Shown here: in pieces, positions 1-9,624 of the stretch
How positions within the stretch are numbered: the stretch's first letter is position 1
Layout: each line of letters begins with the position of its first letter
Position numbers and translations under genes: made by a program
The notes under the pieces: generated by a model
The model's database searches: none
What the model was told of the DNA's origin: nothing
What the model saw: the letters and a program-made list of their open reading frames with translations, nothing else
Source: an uncultured Methanosarcinales archaeon
Lineage (GTDB): Archaea; Nanobdellota; Nanobdellia; Woesearchaeales; JAGLXL01
Length of the DNA: 64,000 nucleotides
Assembly (NCBI GenBank): GCA_964364045.1
Contig: CAYIKL010000001.1
Location: 24,633 to 88,632 of the forward strand
Reading direction: 5' to 3'

Positions 1-968
1 ACATATGGCGCATGCTGGCCCGCTTTTACTACATTCATTATTTTGCACTTCTTCTTCTCTTTCCCGCAAATCTCTTTTATCCTTTTTTTATAATTCTCAA
101 CTTCTTCATCCTTCAAAAAAGCATAGTAATGAACAACACCATTCTTTTTCACATACTTCAATGCCAGCGGCAAGAACTCTTCTCCAGTCTTGGGCAGTGG
201 CATCACAATCCGGTCGAATTTCTTCTTCAACGTAGGCACAATCTTCCACACATCTCCCTCGTACAGTTTCACTTTGTCCCACAGCTTGTTCATCTGCACA
301 TTCCCGGCGCCATACTCATGCGCAAGTGGATTGATTTCAACTCCATACACCACTTTCGCTGGACTGTGTTTGGCAATAACACAACAATAGGGTGCACACC
401 CAGAAAACATCACTAACACTTCCTCACCCTTCCTCACTTGTTGTGCAATCCTCAACCGTTCATGCGCCAAACGCGAGCTAAAGTACATCTTTTCCAAATG
501 AACTTTAAATCGTAATCCATTCTCTTTATACACTGTCGCTTTTTTATTTTCCCCTGCAAGCACTTTCAGCTTTCTCGTCCTGAACACGCCAGAATGAATC
601 GCGCTTTTCTTAACGACCGTTTTAACGTTTTTGTAACACTTCAAATATGCTTCCGCGATCTTCTTTTCCTTTCTCTCCAACTCTTTCTGCACTTCCAAGA
701 TAAGGATATCTCCAATCACATCATGCGCTCGAGGAAACATCTCCAATTCATTTTTCGTTAATATGTTCCTCAGTAGACCATCAATCGTTATCTTTTCTTT
801 TTTACCCACACTAAACGTCACAATATCAAATCCTTTTACTTTTTTCGTAACAGGAATGTAAAGAAAGTCTCCTTTTCTTTCAACACCGCGCAGAAAAACT
901 CTTTTTCGTATCAACTGCTTCCTCACCCGTTCCGCATCTTTCAGCGCTACTTTAACCGCTAAGCCCAC
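1..968 (-). CDS. tRNA methyltransferase, Trm5/Taw2 (Met-10+) family. The 3' end may run off the window start, and a GTG start is inferred.
   Basis: Minus-strand translation is a continuous ~320 aa ORF: ...RAHDVIGDILILEV...VLVMFSGCAPYCCVIAKHS...VYGVEINPLAHEYGAGNVQMNKL...YEGDVWKIVP...IVMPLP. This is the class-I SAM MTase with the Trm5 D1/D2 architecture. It is absent from the ORF track because it reaches the window edge. Confidence 0.6.
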   Translation of the reverse strand, partial: MGLAVKVALKDAERVRKQLIRKRVFLRGVERKGDFLYIPVTKKVKGFDIVTFSVGKKEKITIDGLLRNILTKNELEMFPRAHDVIGDILILEVQKELERKEKKIAEAYLKCYKNVKTVVKKSAIHSGVFRTRKLKVLAGENKKATVYKENGLRFKVHLEKMYFSSRLAHERLRIAQQVRKGEEVLVMFSGCAPYCCVIAKHSPAKVVYGVEINPLAHEYGAGNVQMNKLWDKVKLYEGDVWKIVPTLKKKFDRIVMPLPKTGEEFLPLALKYVKKNGVVHYYAFLKDEEVENYKKRIKEICGKEKKKCKIMNVVKAGQHAPY

Positions 969-1984
969 CTTCCCAACCCCGTCTGCTCCCGCACTTCTTT
1001 CTCCTGGACAAACTTCTCCAGTTTCTGCTCAACTCTTTCAGCAGAAAAATTATTATCAACAAGCATTTCCTTTATCCCCTCAATATCAGGCATACTCCAT
1101 TGTAATACATAATCTTTCACGACCGGCATGTCTTTAATTGTATAAAAAATCTCTTTCCAATCAACATCAGTATGCTTTTTCCATTCAGCCTTCTCAAATA
1201 TTTTGTCAAAATCTTTCTGCCCTTTCACTAATTTCAGCGCCTTCTGTGGCCCGATGCCTGGAATGCCTTTTGGATTGTAATCGGTCCCTATCAACATCGC
1301 AATCACGATCAACTGCTCCCGATCGATGCCCAGCGTATTTAACATCTCACTCAACAAAATAAGCTCCGGCTTCACAATCTCATACGCCAACTTCCCAGCC
1401 TTCTTTCTTTTCCCTTCAACTGATAAATTTCGAACCAATCGCTCGCTTCCTGACAACAAGCTGTCATAATCCTGGCTCACGGCCGCAAACACATCCTTCT
1501 GTGTCATATAGGCTGCCTGTGCTTCCCCTTCACTCGGTGCCTGTACGATCGGTATGCCCAATAACCGAAGCAACTTCTTGCTCTCTTCAATCATTTCCTT
1601 TGTCAAAACCGTTGTCCGTGAGCTGTACTTTCTCATCGCTTCAACATCACCTTCTTTCTCTGCTTTCTCAAAGCGAATCCTGGCCTCTTCCTTTATTCCC
1701 CTCCGCCGCTCAATTTCTTTCCGCTTCAGCACAGGTGGTTTCCCATCAAAAACAAACACCAATTTCATTCCCTTCTCCATAAACGACGTGCAGCGGTAAA
1801 ACAGGCCATTTAAATGAGAAGTTACCTCTCCCTTGCTGTTGACCAACAAGCTTCCATCGCGCTGCCTGATGGTTGTCAAAAACTGGTACAGCATGTTATG
1901 TGCATCGACGGCAATCACTTTTCCATTCAGCTCCTCAAACGTAATGGTCTTTGCATGGACAAAATCCTTGAGTTTAACGCCCAT
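959..1984 (-). CDS. fen: Flap endonuclease FEN-1
   Basis: The N-terminus MGVKLKDFV...ELNGKVIAVDAHNMLYQFL is the classic FEN-1/XPG N-domain, followed by the I-domain and a C-terminal PIP-like tail. The length is 341 aa. Confidence 0.9.
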   Translation of the reverse strand: MGVKLKDFVHAKTITFEELNGKVIAVDAHNMLYQFLTTIRQRDGSLLVNSKGEVTSHLNGLFYRCTSFMEKGMKLVFVFDGKPPVLKRKEIERRRGIKEEARIRFEKAEKEGDVEAMRKYSSRTTVLTKEMIEESKKLLRLLGIPIVQAPSEGEAQAAYMTQKDVFAAVSQDYDSLLSGSERLVRNLSVEGKRKKAGKLAYEIVKPELILLSEMLNTLGIDREQLIVIAMLIGTDYNPKGIPGIGPQKALKLVKGQKDFDKIFEKAEWKKHTDVDWKEIFYTIKDMPVVKDYVLQWSMPDIEGIKEMLVDNNFSAERVEQKLEKFVQEKEVREQTGLGRWA

Positions 1985-3044
1985 AACTCAGCTTAAAGAA
2001 TGTCATTGTTTTAAATGGTTCGGTTTTTATCATCTGCTGTGCCTTTGGGCTAAGGCTTCCTGAATGCAGATAGACAACGGGCACGCGTTTCAGTTGCCCC
2101 TCGACCAAAGCGCTGCTGATGTCTTTGTCGGTGCTCTTTTTTTTGTTCGTCACTTTGCATAAATACTGCAATTCGCCCACGGGCGAGGGTATCTTAACGA
2201 CATAACTCATTTCTGCATTTTTTTTAACAACTTCTTCACTCAAAATCGTTATTTCTTTTTGCTTGAAGAAATTCTGCACAGCCGTGATAAAACCATTCTC
2301 AGTCTCTTGAACCAGTTTCGATTTAGTTTCAGGTTTCTCCCGCTTTAACTCTTCCACTTTCGTCTCAATTTTTGGCTTTAATTCTTTTGTTTCTATCCTT
2401 GATTTTTCAATCTTTGGTTTCGATTCGATTTTCGGCTCTTCAATCGTTTCTGTTTTCTTTAACCGTTCCTGTCTTGTTTCCAGTCTCTCAACTTCTTTTC
2501 TGGGCCTTCCTCTCCGCTTTGACGCTATCTCTTCTTTAACGGCTTCTTTCACTTTTTCAATTGCTTCAGAAACTGTTGGCACCACTTCTTCCTTCTTCTC
2601 CTCAATGCCCAACTCTTTACGAATAATGGGTGTTACCTCTTCATCATTTAACATATACCATTTCCAGAACAATTCCTGCTTGCCTTCAAATGTTACATTT
2701 AAAGGTGCAGCAAAATCATTGATCTGCCGCAACGCAACTCTCATCAGCGGTGTCAGCTGCTCATCCCGCAGCACTTTCTTTTCCTTCAACACTTCATATG
2801 CTCTCAATTCTTTTTCGTTTAAATTATCTGCAAAGTGCTCAAGCTTTGCCTCCTGCCCGGACATGTAATAAAGCGGACTGCCGCCTATTTTTACCTTAGT
2901 TATCTTTATTTTCTTTCGTGCAACAAGCTCAGAGAGATACGCAGAGGCGAGAAGAATGTTTGTTTTAAGCCCTTTTGCAATATCAACAGGAAGCACAGGC
3001 CCAGTTGCCCGCATAATTGCAAGAATTTTCTCATCATCAGCCAT
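1974..3044 (-). CDS. Hypothetical tandem winged-helix protein with a K/E-rich linker, possibly TFE or RNAP-associated
   Basis: Two WH-like modules are visible (ILAIMRATGPVLPVDIAKGL...; ...FEGKQELFWKWYM), followed by a long Lys/Glu-rich low-complexity segment. The start is set at the internal Met MADDEK to avoid overlap with endA. Confidence 0.3.
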   Translation of the reverse strand: MADDEKILAIMRATGPVLPVDIAKGLKTNILLASAYLSELVARKKIKITKVKIGGSPLYYMSGQEAKLEHFADNLNEKELRAYEVLKEKKVLRDEQLTPLMRVALRQINDFAAPLNVTFEGKQELFWKWYMLNDEEVTPIIRKELGIEEKKEEVVPTVSEAIEKVKEAVKEEIASKRRGRPRKEVERLETRQERLKKTETIEEPKIESKPKIEKSRIETKELKPKIETKVEELKREKPETKSKLVQETENGFITAVQNFFKQKEITILSEEVVKKNAEMSYVVKIPSPVGELQYLCKVTNKKKSTDKDISSALVEGQLKRVPVVYLHSGSLSPKAQQMIKTEPFKTMTFFKLSYGR

Positions 3045-3113
3045 GAAGCTGTGTGGTGGTGGTAGGTTTAAATAGATTTCGAGAAAGGAGTTCAATATGT
3101 CTTGAACCAACCG

Positions 3114-3815
3114 TTACGGTCTTTTCCACGCAATCTCATAATAAGTCACATCATTCTCTTCGTCAACAACCCCCATCAGCAGCCGTTTCTTCGTGCTGTG
3201 CGCAACCCTGTTTTTCGCGCTAAAATCATGCCATGTAAGCATTTCACCTTCATGTACCGGATACACAACCCATCGTGCATGATCCTCGCCCGGCTTCACT
3301 CCGCGATCATACACCCTGAAATCAGCGCCAAACTTGAGCGCAGTCTTCACGATATAGCCTCTGTTTCTTAAATCTTTGAAAACAACATATTTAACCCATA
3401 CTTTAGGTTCAATTTTGGAAGCTTTCTTCACAAAAGCGTCAAAATCCACTTTCTTCCCTTTTGCATCCTTGACTAAAAGCTTTCCTGCTTCCATTAAATA
3501 CAAGCCTTCAAGCAGCGAGAGCTGCACTCTGCCATTGTCAAGGAGAGAGCCAAACCTGCTTTGATTGAAGAGCTCCCGTGCTTCACCACTGTTTTCGGTG
3601 AGCACCCGCTCTCTTCCCAAGACAGCTTTGACTTTCTTTTTTACCACCTTTCCAACACAAATGAGGAGATTTAATAAGCTTTTCTCTTGCCTCCCATTTC
3701 TCTTCGAAAACTTTATATACTCCCATTCACCACCATCACCAAGAGGGTCAATAATGGTTGAAGACAAAGAAAAGAAATTCTCACGCGATTTGATTGGTAA
3801 GACTGTTGTCAGCAA
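3114..3815 (-). CDS. endA: tRNA-splicing endonuclease EndA
   Basis: The C-terminal catalytic domain reads ...RGYIVKTALKFGADFRVYDRG...HARWVVYPVHE..., matching the conserved GxKFGxDFxxY block, His and Lys of archaeal EndA. The N-terminal boundary is uncertain because it overlaps the convergent PRC gene. Confidence 0.75.
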   Translation of the reverse strand: MLTTVLPIKSRENFFSLSSTIIDPLGDGGEWEYIKFSKRNGRQEKSLLNLLICVGKVVKKKVKAVLGRERVLTENSGEARELFNQSRFGSLLDNGRVQLSLLEGLYLMEAGKLLVKDAKGKKVDFDAFVKKASKIEPKVWVKYVVFKDLRNRGYIVKTALKFGADFRVYDRGVKPGEDHARWVVYPVHEGEMLTWHDFSAKNRVAHSTKKRLLMGVVDEENDVTYYEIAWKRP

Positions 3816-4020
3816 AACAGGAAAGCGCTTTGGCGAAGTGGGTGATATTATTTTTGAAGTCCGCTCAGGCGAGCTTATTCATTTAGTTCTCAGAAATCCA
3901 ACACAGTATACGGCCAAGCTTGAGCTTGAGAAGGACAAGGATGGCAATATTCTCATTCCATTTTCTGCGGTGATTGCAACCGGAGATTATATGGTTGTGA
4001 GTGAAGAAGATATTATTTAA
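3754..4020 (+). CDS. PRC-barrel domain protein
   Basis: LIGKTVVSKTGKRFGEVGDIIFEVRSGELIHLVL is a typical PRC-barrel motif. The start is taken at the internal ATG at 3754, since the upstream part of the ORF is antisense to endA. Confidence 0.6.
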   Translation: MVEDKEKKFSRDLIGKTVVSKTGKRFGEVGDIIFEVRSGELIHLVLRNPTQYTAKLELEKDKDGNILIPFSAVIATGDYMVVSEEDII

Positions 4021-4033
4021 TCACCTCACATAA

Positions 4034-4044
4034 CTATTTAAACC
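4034..4044 (+). promoter_or_regulatory. BRE/TATA-like element (CTATTTAAACC) about 26 nt upstream of the rfcS ATG; leaderless
   Basis: TATA-like motif and its spacing to the start codon. Confidence 0.4.
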
Positions 4045-4064
4045 CCTTTTCTCCCCGCTTTTCT

Positions 4065-5024
4065 ATGACCGAAAACCACGCCATGTGGACTGAAAAATAC
4101 CGCCCACAAACATTCTCTGACATCAAAGGCCATGAAGAAATAGTCAAGCGCATCCAAGCATTCGTTGAGCAGAAAAATATGCCTCACTTGCTCTTTTCAG
4201 GCCCTGCTGGTGTAGGGAAAACCTCTTTATCGTTAGTCATTGCACGTGCCTTATATGGCGACCAGTATAAGCAAAACTTTCTCGAGTTAAATGCATCGGA
4301 TGAACGCGGAATAGATGTGGTAAGAATCAAAGTAAAAGACTTCGCGCGAACGCGTTCCTTAGGCAACATCCCCTTCAAAATAATCTACCTCGATGAAAGT
4401 GACGCATTAACGCGAGATGCACAGCAAGCATTGAGAAGAACAATGGAACTCTACACGAAAACTGCACGCTTTATCCTCAGCTGCAATTACAGCAGTAAAA
4501 TTATTGATCCTATCCAGAGCCGATGCGCAGTCTTCCATTTCAAGCCATTAAAAAAAGAGGATATTTTTTCAATTATAACCAGTATCTCAACGAAAGAAAA
4601 TCTCACGATAACCGACGAAGCAAAAGAAGCGCTCCACCAAATCTCCGGCGGCGACTGCCGTCGTGTTGAAAACATCTTCCAAAGCTCAGCGGTAATACAC
4701 AAGCACATCACACCTGAAGTTATCTACACCACTGCCTCATTTGCCCATCCAAAAGAAGTGCGCGAATCAATGGAGCTTGCGCTCAAAAATGATTTCATAG
4801 CCGCACGCGATAAGCTATTCCAGACCATGCTCGAGCACGGCCTAAGCGGCTTAGACCTCATCAAACAGATTCAGCATGAAATCTGGAATCTGCACATTCC
4901 CGACCGTCAGAAAGTCGAACTGGTGGAAAAATGTGGTGAGATTGAGTTTCGGATGACCGAAGGAAGTGATGAGTTCATCCAGTTGGAGGCGTTGCTTGCT
5001 GCGATGGTGAAATTAAACGTTTAG
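4065..5024 (+). CDS. rfcS: Replication factor C small subunit
   Basis: The protein has Walker A FSGPAGVGKTS, Walker B IIYLDESDALT, the SRC motif (ILSCNYSSKIIDPIQSRC) and sensor 2. Confidence 0.9.
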   Translation: MTENHAMWTEKYRPQTFSDIKGHEEIVKRIQAFVEQKNMPHLLFSGPAGVGKTSLSLVIARALYGDQYKQNFLELNASDERGIDVVRIKVKDFARTRSLGNIPFKIIYLDESDALTRDAQQALRRTMELYTKTARFILSCNYSSKIIDPIQSRCAVFHFKPLKKEDIFSIITSISTKENLTITDEAKEALHQISGGDCRRVENIFQSSAVIHKHITPEVIYTTASFAHPKEVRESMELALKNDFIAARDKLFQTMLEHGLSGLDLIKQIQHEIWNLHIPDRQKVELVEKCGEIEFRMTEGSDEFIQLEALLAAMVKLNV

Positions 5025-5026
5025 AA

Positions 5027-5944
5027 CTAATCCGTACTCTCCTTTATCTTTATCGTCTGCTGAATGATTGTTCGATACTTGTACGTCAGCGTCAATTCAA
5101 CCTGCTTTGTAAATAACGTATCCTCAGCCAGTGGCGCTTTCAGCTTGCAAATAATTGTTGTCTTTCCTCCAACCAAGCGTGCTTCATTCTCTCTCCCGCC
5201 TGCTCTACATTCCCAGTCCGCAGTGTCAGTTTCAACGCTGTACGCAAGCTGTTCATATCGCGCATCAAAATCAGCATTTCTCAGCGTCACTTTCCCGCCG
5301 CCAACATTCTCAACATCAAGCGTCAGCACGATAATTCCTCTGCCTGCAATATCCTGCAACACGCTCTTTACCGTAACTGGTGCTCCTGACACAAAGAATG
5401 TTTTTGCTTCCTGCAGCTCGCATATGCTCTCATCACGCACATCTTCCTTATAACAAACTTTTGGAATTATAACATGCGTTTTATAGTTATAATCAACAAA
5501 TGCAAAGATGTCCGGCTGGAAAAAGCCAGTTACCCTATGCTTGTATTTTGCATCTTCATTTGGCGTGAAATCAATAACCTCTTCTTCCCCCTCCTTGTTA
5601 AACTCAGAAATCTTCTCGATGGTCTCTTTATTAACAATTTCCCCAGAAGCAATCCCGGTAAAATCACCAAGGTTTATCCCTCTGAGGCTGACGTGCACAT
5701 CGCCCGGCGCCATATCTTCTTCTCCTTTATTTCTCAGCACAACCTCGATGGGAAAATTTTCTGTGTCAAATATGGTAAAAACGCCGCTTTCTTCGATGCC
5801 GAACGGCTCAAAACGAGCAGCAATCCCCTGCGTTCCGCCGTCAAAGACCGATTCGACCTTAACAGTATCATTTTCACCTTTACAACCGACTAAAAACAGA
5901 AAGACAACCAACCCCAACAATAACACTCTTTTCATTTTAGGCAA
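5027..5944 (-). CDS. Secreted/lipobox-like surface protein, paralog 1 of 3
   Basis: The signal peptide ends in LVGC. It shares blocks with the two upstream paralogs (VCYxE, C-E-x...SGAPVTV, IICKL, LTYKY). Confidence 0.6.
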   Translation of the reverse strand: MPKMKRVLLLGLVVFLFLVGCKGENDTVKVESVFDGGTQGIAARFEPFGIEESGVFTIFDTENFPIEVVLRNKGEEDMAPGDVHVSLRGINLGDFTGIASGEIVNKETIEKISEFNKEGEEEVIDFTPNEDAKYKHRVTGFFQPDIFAFVDYNYKTHVIIPKVCYKEDVRDESICELQEAKTFFVSGAPVTVKSVLQDIAGRGIIVLTLDVENVGGGKVTLRNADFDARYEQLAYSVETDTADWECRAGGRENEARLVGGKTTIICKLKAPLAEDTLFTKQVELTLTYKYRTIIQQTIKIKESTD

Positions 5945-5978
5945 TAATTCTATTACTCTTTTTAAACGCTTCGAATTT

Positions 5979-6905
5979 TCAACCCGGCGTCCTTATTATT
6001 TCCACCGGCGTCCGCACTGACTGCATATAATTATAATTCAACTCAATGCGCAACGGCGTCTCATACGCTCTCGTGTTGCCTACATCAAACGTGCAGGTAA
6101 TCCTTCCTCTTCCTTCCTTTCCCATCCGCACTAAGAAATCCTGCGGCGAGCACGATACCATCGTCCCTGACGCCAATTTAATATTATATCTCACCTGGTC
6201 AAACTCATCGTACTTTACCCCGCCCAGACATTGTGTTAAACTGGTTCGCGGCGACACCACCCTCCCAGTTCCAACATTCTGGATGTCTATCTTGAATATC
6301 GCCCTGTTGCGCACCATATCAACATCAACAAATGTTACTGCAACCGGCGCTCCCTGCCCGCCGCCAACCGAAAAATCACGTACTTCACATGCACGCTGCT
6401 CGCGTGATACTTCAAAAAATGCCGGATCAATGCATACTTGAGGGCTGGCAACCGTCTGGTATTCATAACACACCGTCGCAACAACGCTTGGATTATAAAG
6501 ATCCACATCGCCGGGCAATAAAATATTGCTCGACTTGATTTCAACCGTGCCATACCCGCCGTCGATAAGGAACTCGCTTTTGCCCGGCAGTTCTCCGCAA
6601 AGCTGCCGCGCGTTCGCGCCGACACCGCGTATAATATTCTGGTCAAACCCGCCAAACTGGACAAAGCACTTATTTGCATTAATATCATAATTGCCAAGGT
6701 TATACATCTCCAGCACAGCAACTAAATCTGCATTATCATATATTTGCCGTGGCGGGAGATTCTCGACAAAATTCATTTCCACACCCTGCACTCCGGAGCG
6801 GACATATTTTGACACCGCAGAAACCTGATTGATATCTTCCGGTCGTTGCTGTGCGCATGCAAGAACAAAAAGCAGTCCAATAACCAGAAGCCTCTTCATT
6901 TTCAT
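5979..6905 (-). CDS. Secreted/lipobox-like surface protein, paralog 2 of 3
   Basis: The signal peptide ends in LACAQQ. It carries the conserved VCYEYQT, VCIDPA, CEV...GGGQGAPVAVT, ITCTF and LNYNY blocks. Confidence 0.6.
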   Translation of the reverse strand: MKMKRLLVIGLLFVLACAQQRPEDINQVSAVSKYVRSGVQGVEMNFVENLPPRQIYDNADLVAVLEMYNLGNYDINANKCFVQFGGFDQNIIRGVGANARQLCGELPGKSEFLIDGGYGTVEIKSSNILLPGDVDLYNPSVVATVCYEYQTVASPQVCIDPAFFEVSREQRACEVRDFSVGGGQGAPVAVTFVDVDMVRNRAIFKIDIQNVGTGRVVSPRTSLTQCLGGVKYDEFDQVRYNIKLASGTMVSCSPQDFLVRMGKEGRGRITCTFDVGNTRAYETPLRIELNYNYMQSVRTPVEIIRTPG

Positions 6906-6936
6906 AATTAATCTCCCTTGATTTTTAAAGTTTGTG

Positions 6937-7788
6937 TCATCCCAGTCGCCGTATCAGTATTTCTCCTTCCTCAATCGTCCTGTAGGTATAATACAGCGAT
7001 GCAGACAGCACTGTCGTGTATGGCCCTCGGCTGGGTTCGATGAATGTGCATACTAACAACGCATCACCCCTCTCAACCAGCTCAGCATCAAACTCTCGGC
7101 GTTCGCAGCGCAGGCGCCTGTTTGCAATCCTCACACTGTCGACAATCACTGGAGAGATAAGCTCTCCATCACCATTATTCTCAATTTTCAGCGTAAACTG
7201 TGCGCGTATGTTGTCTCCTTCACTGCTCACCAGCTCTTTCACTTCTGTAATTGCAATTGGAGCTCCTTGCCCACTGAAGCTCATCTCTTCTTCAACAACA
7301 CAACTGTCCTGTTCCGCTTCCAACCTCAGCATTGCGGGATTGATGCATACATCTGCGTTCAACACCGTCCGATAATCATACTCTGCCTGCACCCAAAATT
7401 TCTTTGTATATTCATCGCTTCCCAGAGGGATGAAGTTATTTTTCCCATGGAACTCCTCAATGTAGAACTCGCCGCTGGGCATGTTTGCATTTCTTCCCTG
7501 AATGACCTTCAGCACCTCATGCTCTTTGTCCAGTGTGCTGAGCGCTTTGCTGTAGCCCCATACTGCAACTTCCCCTTGTGTTGTGTCATAGGCGCCATTA
7601 TTGCTGATCTGCACCGCGATGGTGTATGTTCCGCCTTCTAAAATCTCTTTTGGTGGATAATTAGGCAGTAATTCCAGTTCCAATCCGTCATAGCCTTGCT
7701 TGTAATCAACTTCAATCGGCCGGTTTCCTCCTTGCGGCGTACACGCTATCAAAATCAGTACAACTCCGATAATGACAGCGTATTTCAT
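6937..7788 (-). CDS. Secreted/lipobox-like surface protein, paralog 3 of 3
   Basis: The signal peptide ends in LIACTPQG. It carries VCINPA, CVV...SGQGAPIAIT, LVCTF and LYYTY, the same Cys pattern as paralogs 1 and 2. Confidence 0.6.
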   Translation of the reverse strand: MKYAVIIGVVLILIACTPQGGNRPIEVDYKQGYDGLELELLPNYPPKEILEGGTYTIAVQISNNGAYDTTQGEVAVWGYSKALSTLDKEHEVLKVIQGRNANMPSGEFYIEEFHGKNNFIPLGSDEYTKKFWVQAEYDYRTVLNADVCINPAMLRLEAEQDSCVVEEEMSFSGQGAPIAITEVKELVSSEGDNIRAQFTLKIENNGDGELISPVIVDSVRIANRRLRCERREFDAELVERGDALLVCTFIEPSRGPYTTVLSASLYYTYRTIEEGEILIRRLG

Positions 7789-9509
7789 GTGACCGTGACT
7801 GAAAATTCTTCCTTTATTTTATAATCATATTTTATATAAGAGAGGTAAAAAGCAGTGAGAGGTACTTTCGGGTTCTTCAGCTCTTCGCTGAGTGTTGTTT
7901 TGCATGAGGCATACTGATATTCTTTCTCTTCCTTTTCTATCCCCAAATCTGGATTAACGAGTACTTCACCATCCTTAACCAACTTGCATGATGGTGTTTC
8001 TACTAGCGTAATGTCTTCAGGATAATCTACTAACAAAATACCTCCTTCTACCTGCTCAATTTTCCCATCCATTCTGTTTACAACATATGCCGATATCCGC
8101 GGGTCATCGCGTATTAACACCTCATCACCTATTTTAAAATCAAGCCAAACAGGATCATTTGAGCCGAGCGCTTCGCTTGCCCATTGGCTTTTCAAGTTTT
8201 CATCTCTTTTTTTGTTTTCTTCTTTTTGTTCACCAACATATACCCGATGTAAGCCCATACTTGTCTCCAACCCTTCAACAACAAAACTTACTGCAACACT
8301 CACTCTTCCTTTTGGCCATTCACCGGACGGCTCGCACGCAAACTCTTTTTGCTCCAGCTCTTTTTTGAAGTCATATACACCAACACTCCCAGCAATCACA
8401 TTTCCCGCACTCTTTACTTCACAATAAGATCTTCCGCGCACTTCCTGCCTCCGAGGATTTTTAAAAATGAGTTTAAAATCCATCGCCTGATTTTGCGCAA
8501 TGCTTGATGGAAATCTATCCGCCTTTTCTATTTTAAGTTCAGTAGGCTCTCTTTCTTTCGGGTCAACGCCTCCCGTAGGTTTTGAATCCTCTTTCAGTCC
8601 CATCACCTTGTTCATGCAATCTTTGTACGAAAGAGGATTGTTCTTGAACTCTTCACATTGCTCTTCAGCCCGATGCCGATCGATGCATTCTTTCAAGTTT
8701 GCTGCTTGCCCGCTCGTGGCACATTCCACTTTCCATTGAATTTCTTTCCACGCACTGGTCTTTTTCTGCAATTGGTTACTGGTATCTGCGCCCAATTCGT
8801 CGACATCTATCAAGTTATATCCTCCTGTTCCAGCTAGGGCAATGAGTGCATTTCCAAATGCAAAAAAAATGATAGCGATGAACGCCGCCACAAGCGAAAA
8901 CGTTTCAAACCACGTGAGCCCCTTGCCTTCCCGTTCCCTTCTCTTTTTGATTGAGCCCGATTCAATTATCCATAGTACTGCGCCTAACAATCCCCACAGA
9001 GGAAGACCACCTAAGATTGTCAAAATGGGGTTGTTTCTGGAGAGATTGAAGACATTCCATATAGCAACAAGATCAAAGAAGAAAATACCCAACGGAATCA
9101 GACTTAGTAACTCGTCGCTGACCGCTTTTCCAATATCACCATGATATTTGTATATGCCTCTAAAACCAATGTACCCAGCAATGATGATTGATGCACTTAC
9201 GATAAACAAGACATTGATATTCCTAATCGCCAAAAACAAAATAACAAGAGCAACATTTGTAACCACCCCTTTCCCTTTGAAAACAAGGAGAGAAACAAAT
9301 AGCAGGAAGAAAACACTATCCCACGGCTGAACACTAAATGGCAGATACTCCAATGGCAAAAAATCTCTCAAGTAAAACCAAGCTATACCCGCGATAAAAA
9401 GCAGTAAGCTGAACTGAAATCCTTCTTTATCGTCTTTTTTCTCTCTCTCTATAATTTTTATAGACCCACGATCTATTTCCACTTCTCTTTCGTCATCATC
9501 TTCCGCCAT
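7785..9509 (-). CDS. Polytopic membrane protein with a large C-terminal extracytoplasmic domain
   Basis: The 574-aa protein has an acidic N-terminus, then at least six hydrophobic helices, then a ~330 aa Cys-containing soluble domain. It overlaps paralog 3 by 4 nt, which suggests an operon. Confidence 0.5.
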   Translation of the reverse strand: MAEDDDEREVEIDRGSIKIIEREKKDDKEGFQFSLLLFIAGIAWFYLRDFLPLEYLPFSVQPWDSVFFLLFVSLLVFKGKGVVTNVALVILFLAIRNINVLFIVSASIIIAGYIGFRGIYKYHGDIGKAVSDELLSLIPLGIFFFDLVAIWNVFNLSRNNPILTILGGLPLWGLLGAVLWIIESGSIKKRREREGKGLTWFETFSLVAAFIAIIFFAFGNALIALAGTGGYNLIDVDELGADTSNQLQKKTSAWKEIQWKVECATSGQAANLKECIDRHRAEEQCEEFKNNPLSYKDCMNKVMGLKEDSKPTGGVDPKEREPTELKIEKADRFPSSIAQNQAMDFKLIFKNPRRQEVRGRSYCEVKSAGNVIAGSVGVYDFKKELEQKEFACEPSGEWPKGRVSVAVSFVVEGLETSMGLHRVYVGEQKEENKKRDENLKSQWASEALGSNDPVWLDFKIGDEVLIRDDPRISAYVVNRMDGKIEQVEGGILLVDYPEDITLVETPSCKLVKDGEVLVNPDLGIEKEEKEYQYASCKTTLSEELKNPKVPLTAFYLSYIKYDYKIKEEFSVTVT

Positions 9510-9624
9510 TATCTCCTCTTTTTAATATCAAACTAAACGTAATCCAGAACTAAACAACCAGCCTATAAAAACATTTCCGAGGAACGTGCTCAAAACCAAT
9601 TGCTTTTAACATATTTCCAACGAC

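Noticed and set aside
5-416. Three overlapping + strand ORFs (76-134 aa) at the window start
   Set aside because: They are low-complexity and antisense to a continuous, motif-rich Trm5-family ORF on the minus strand that the ORF track omitted because it runs off the window edge.
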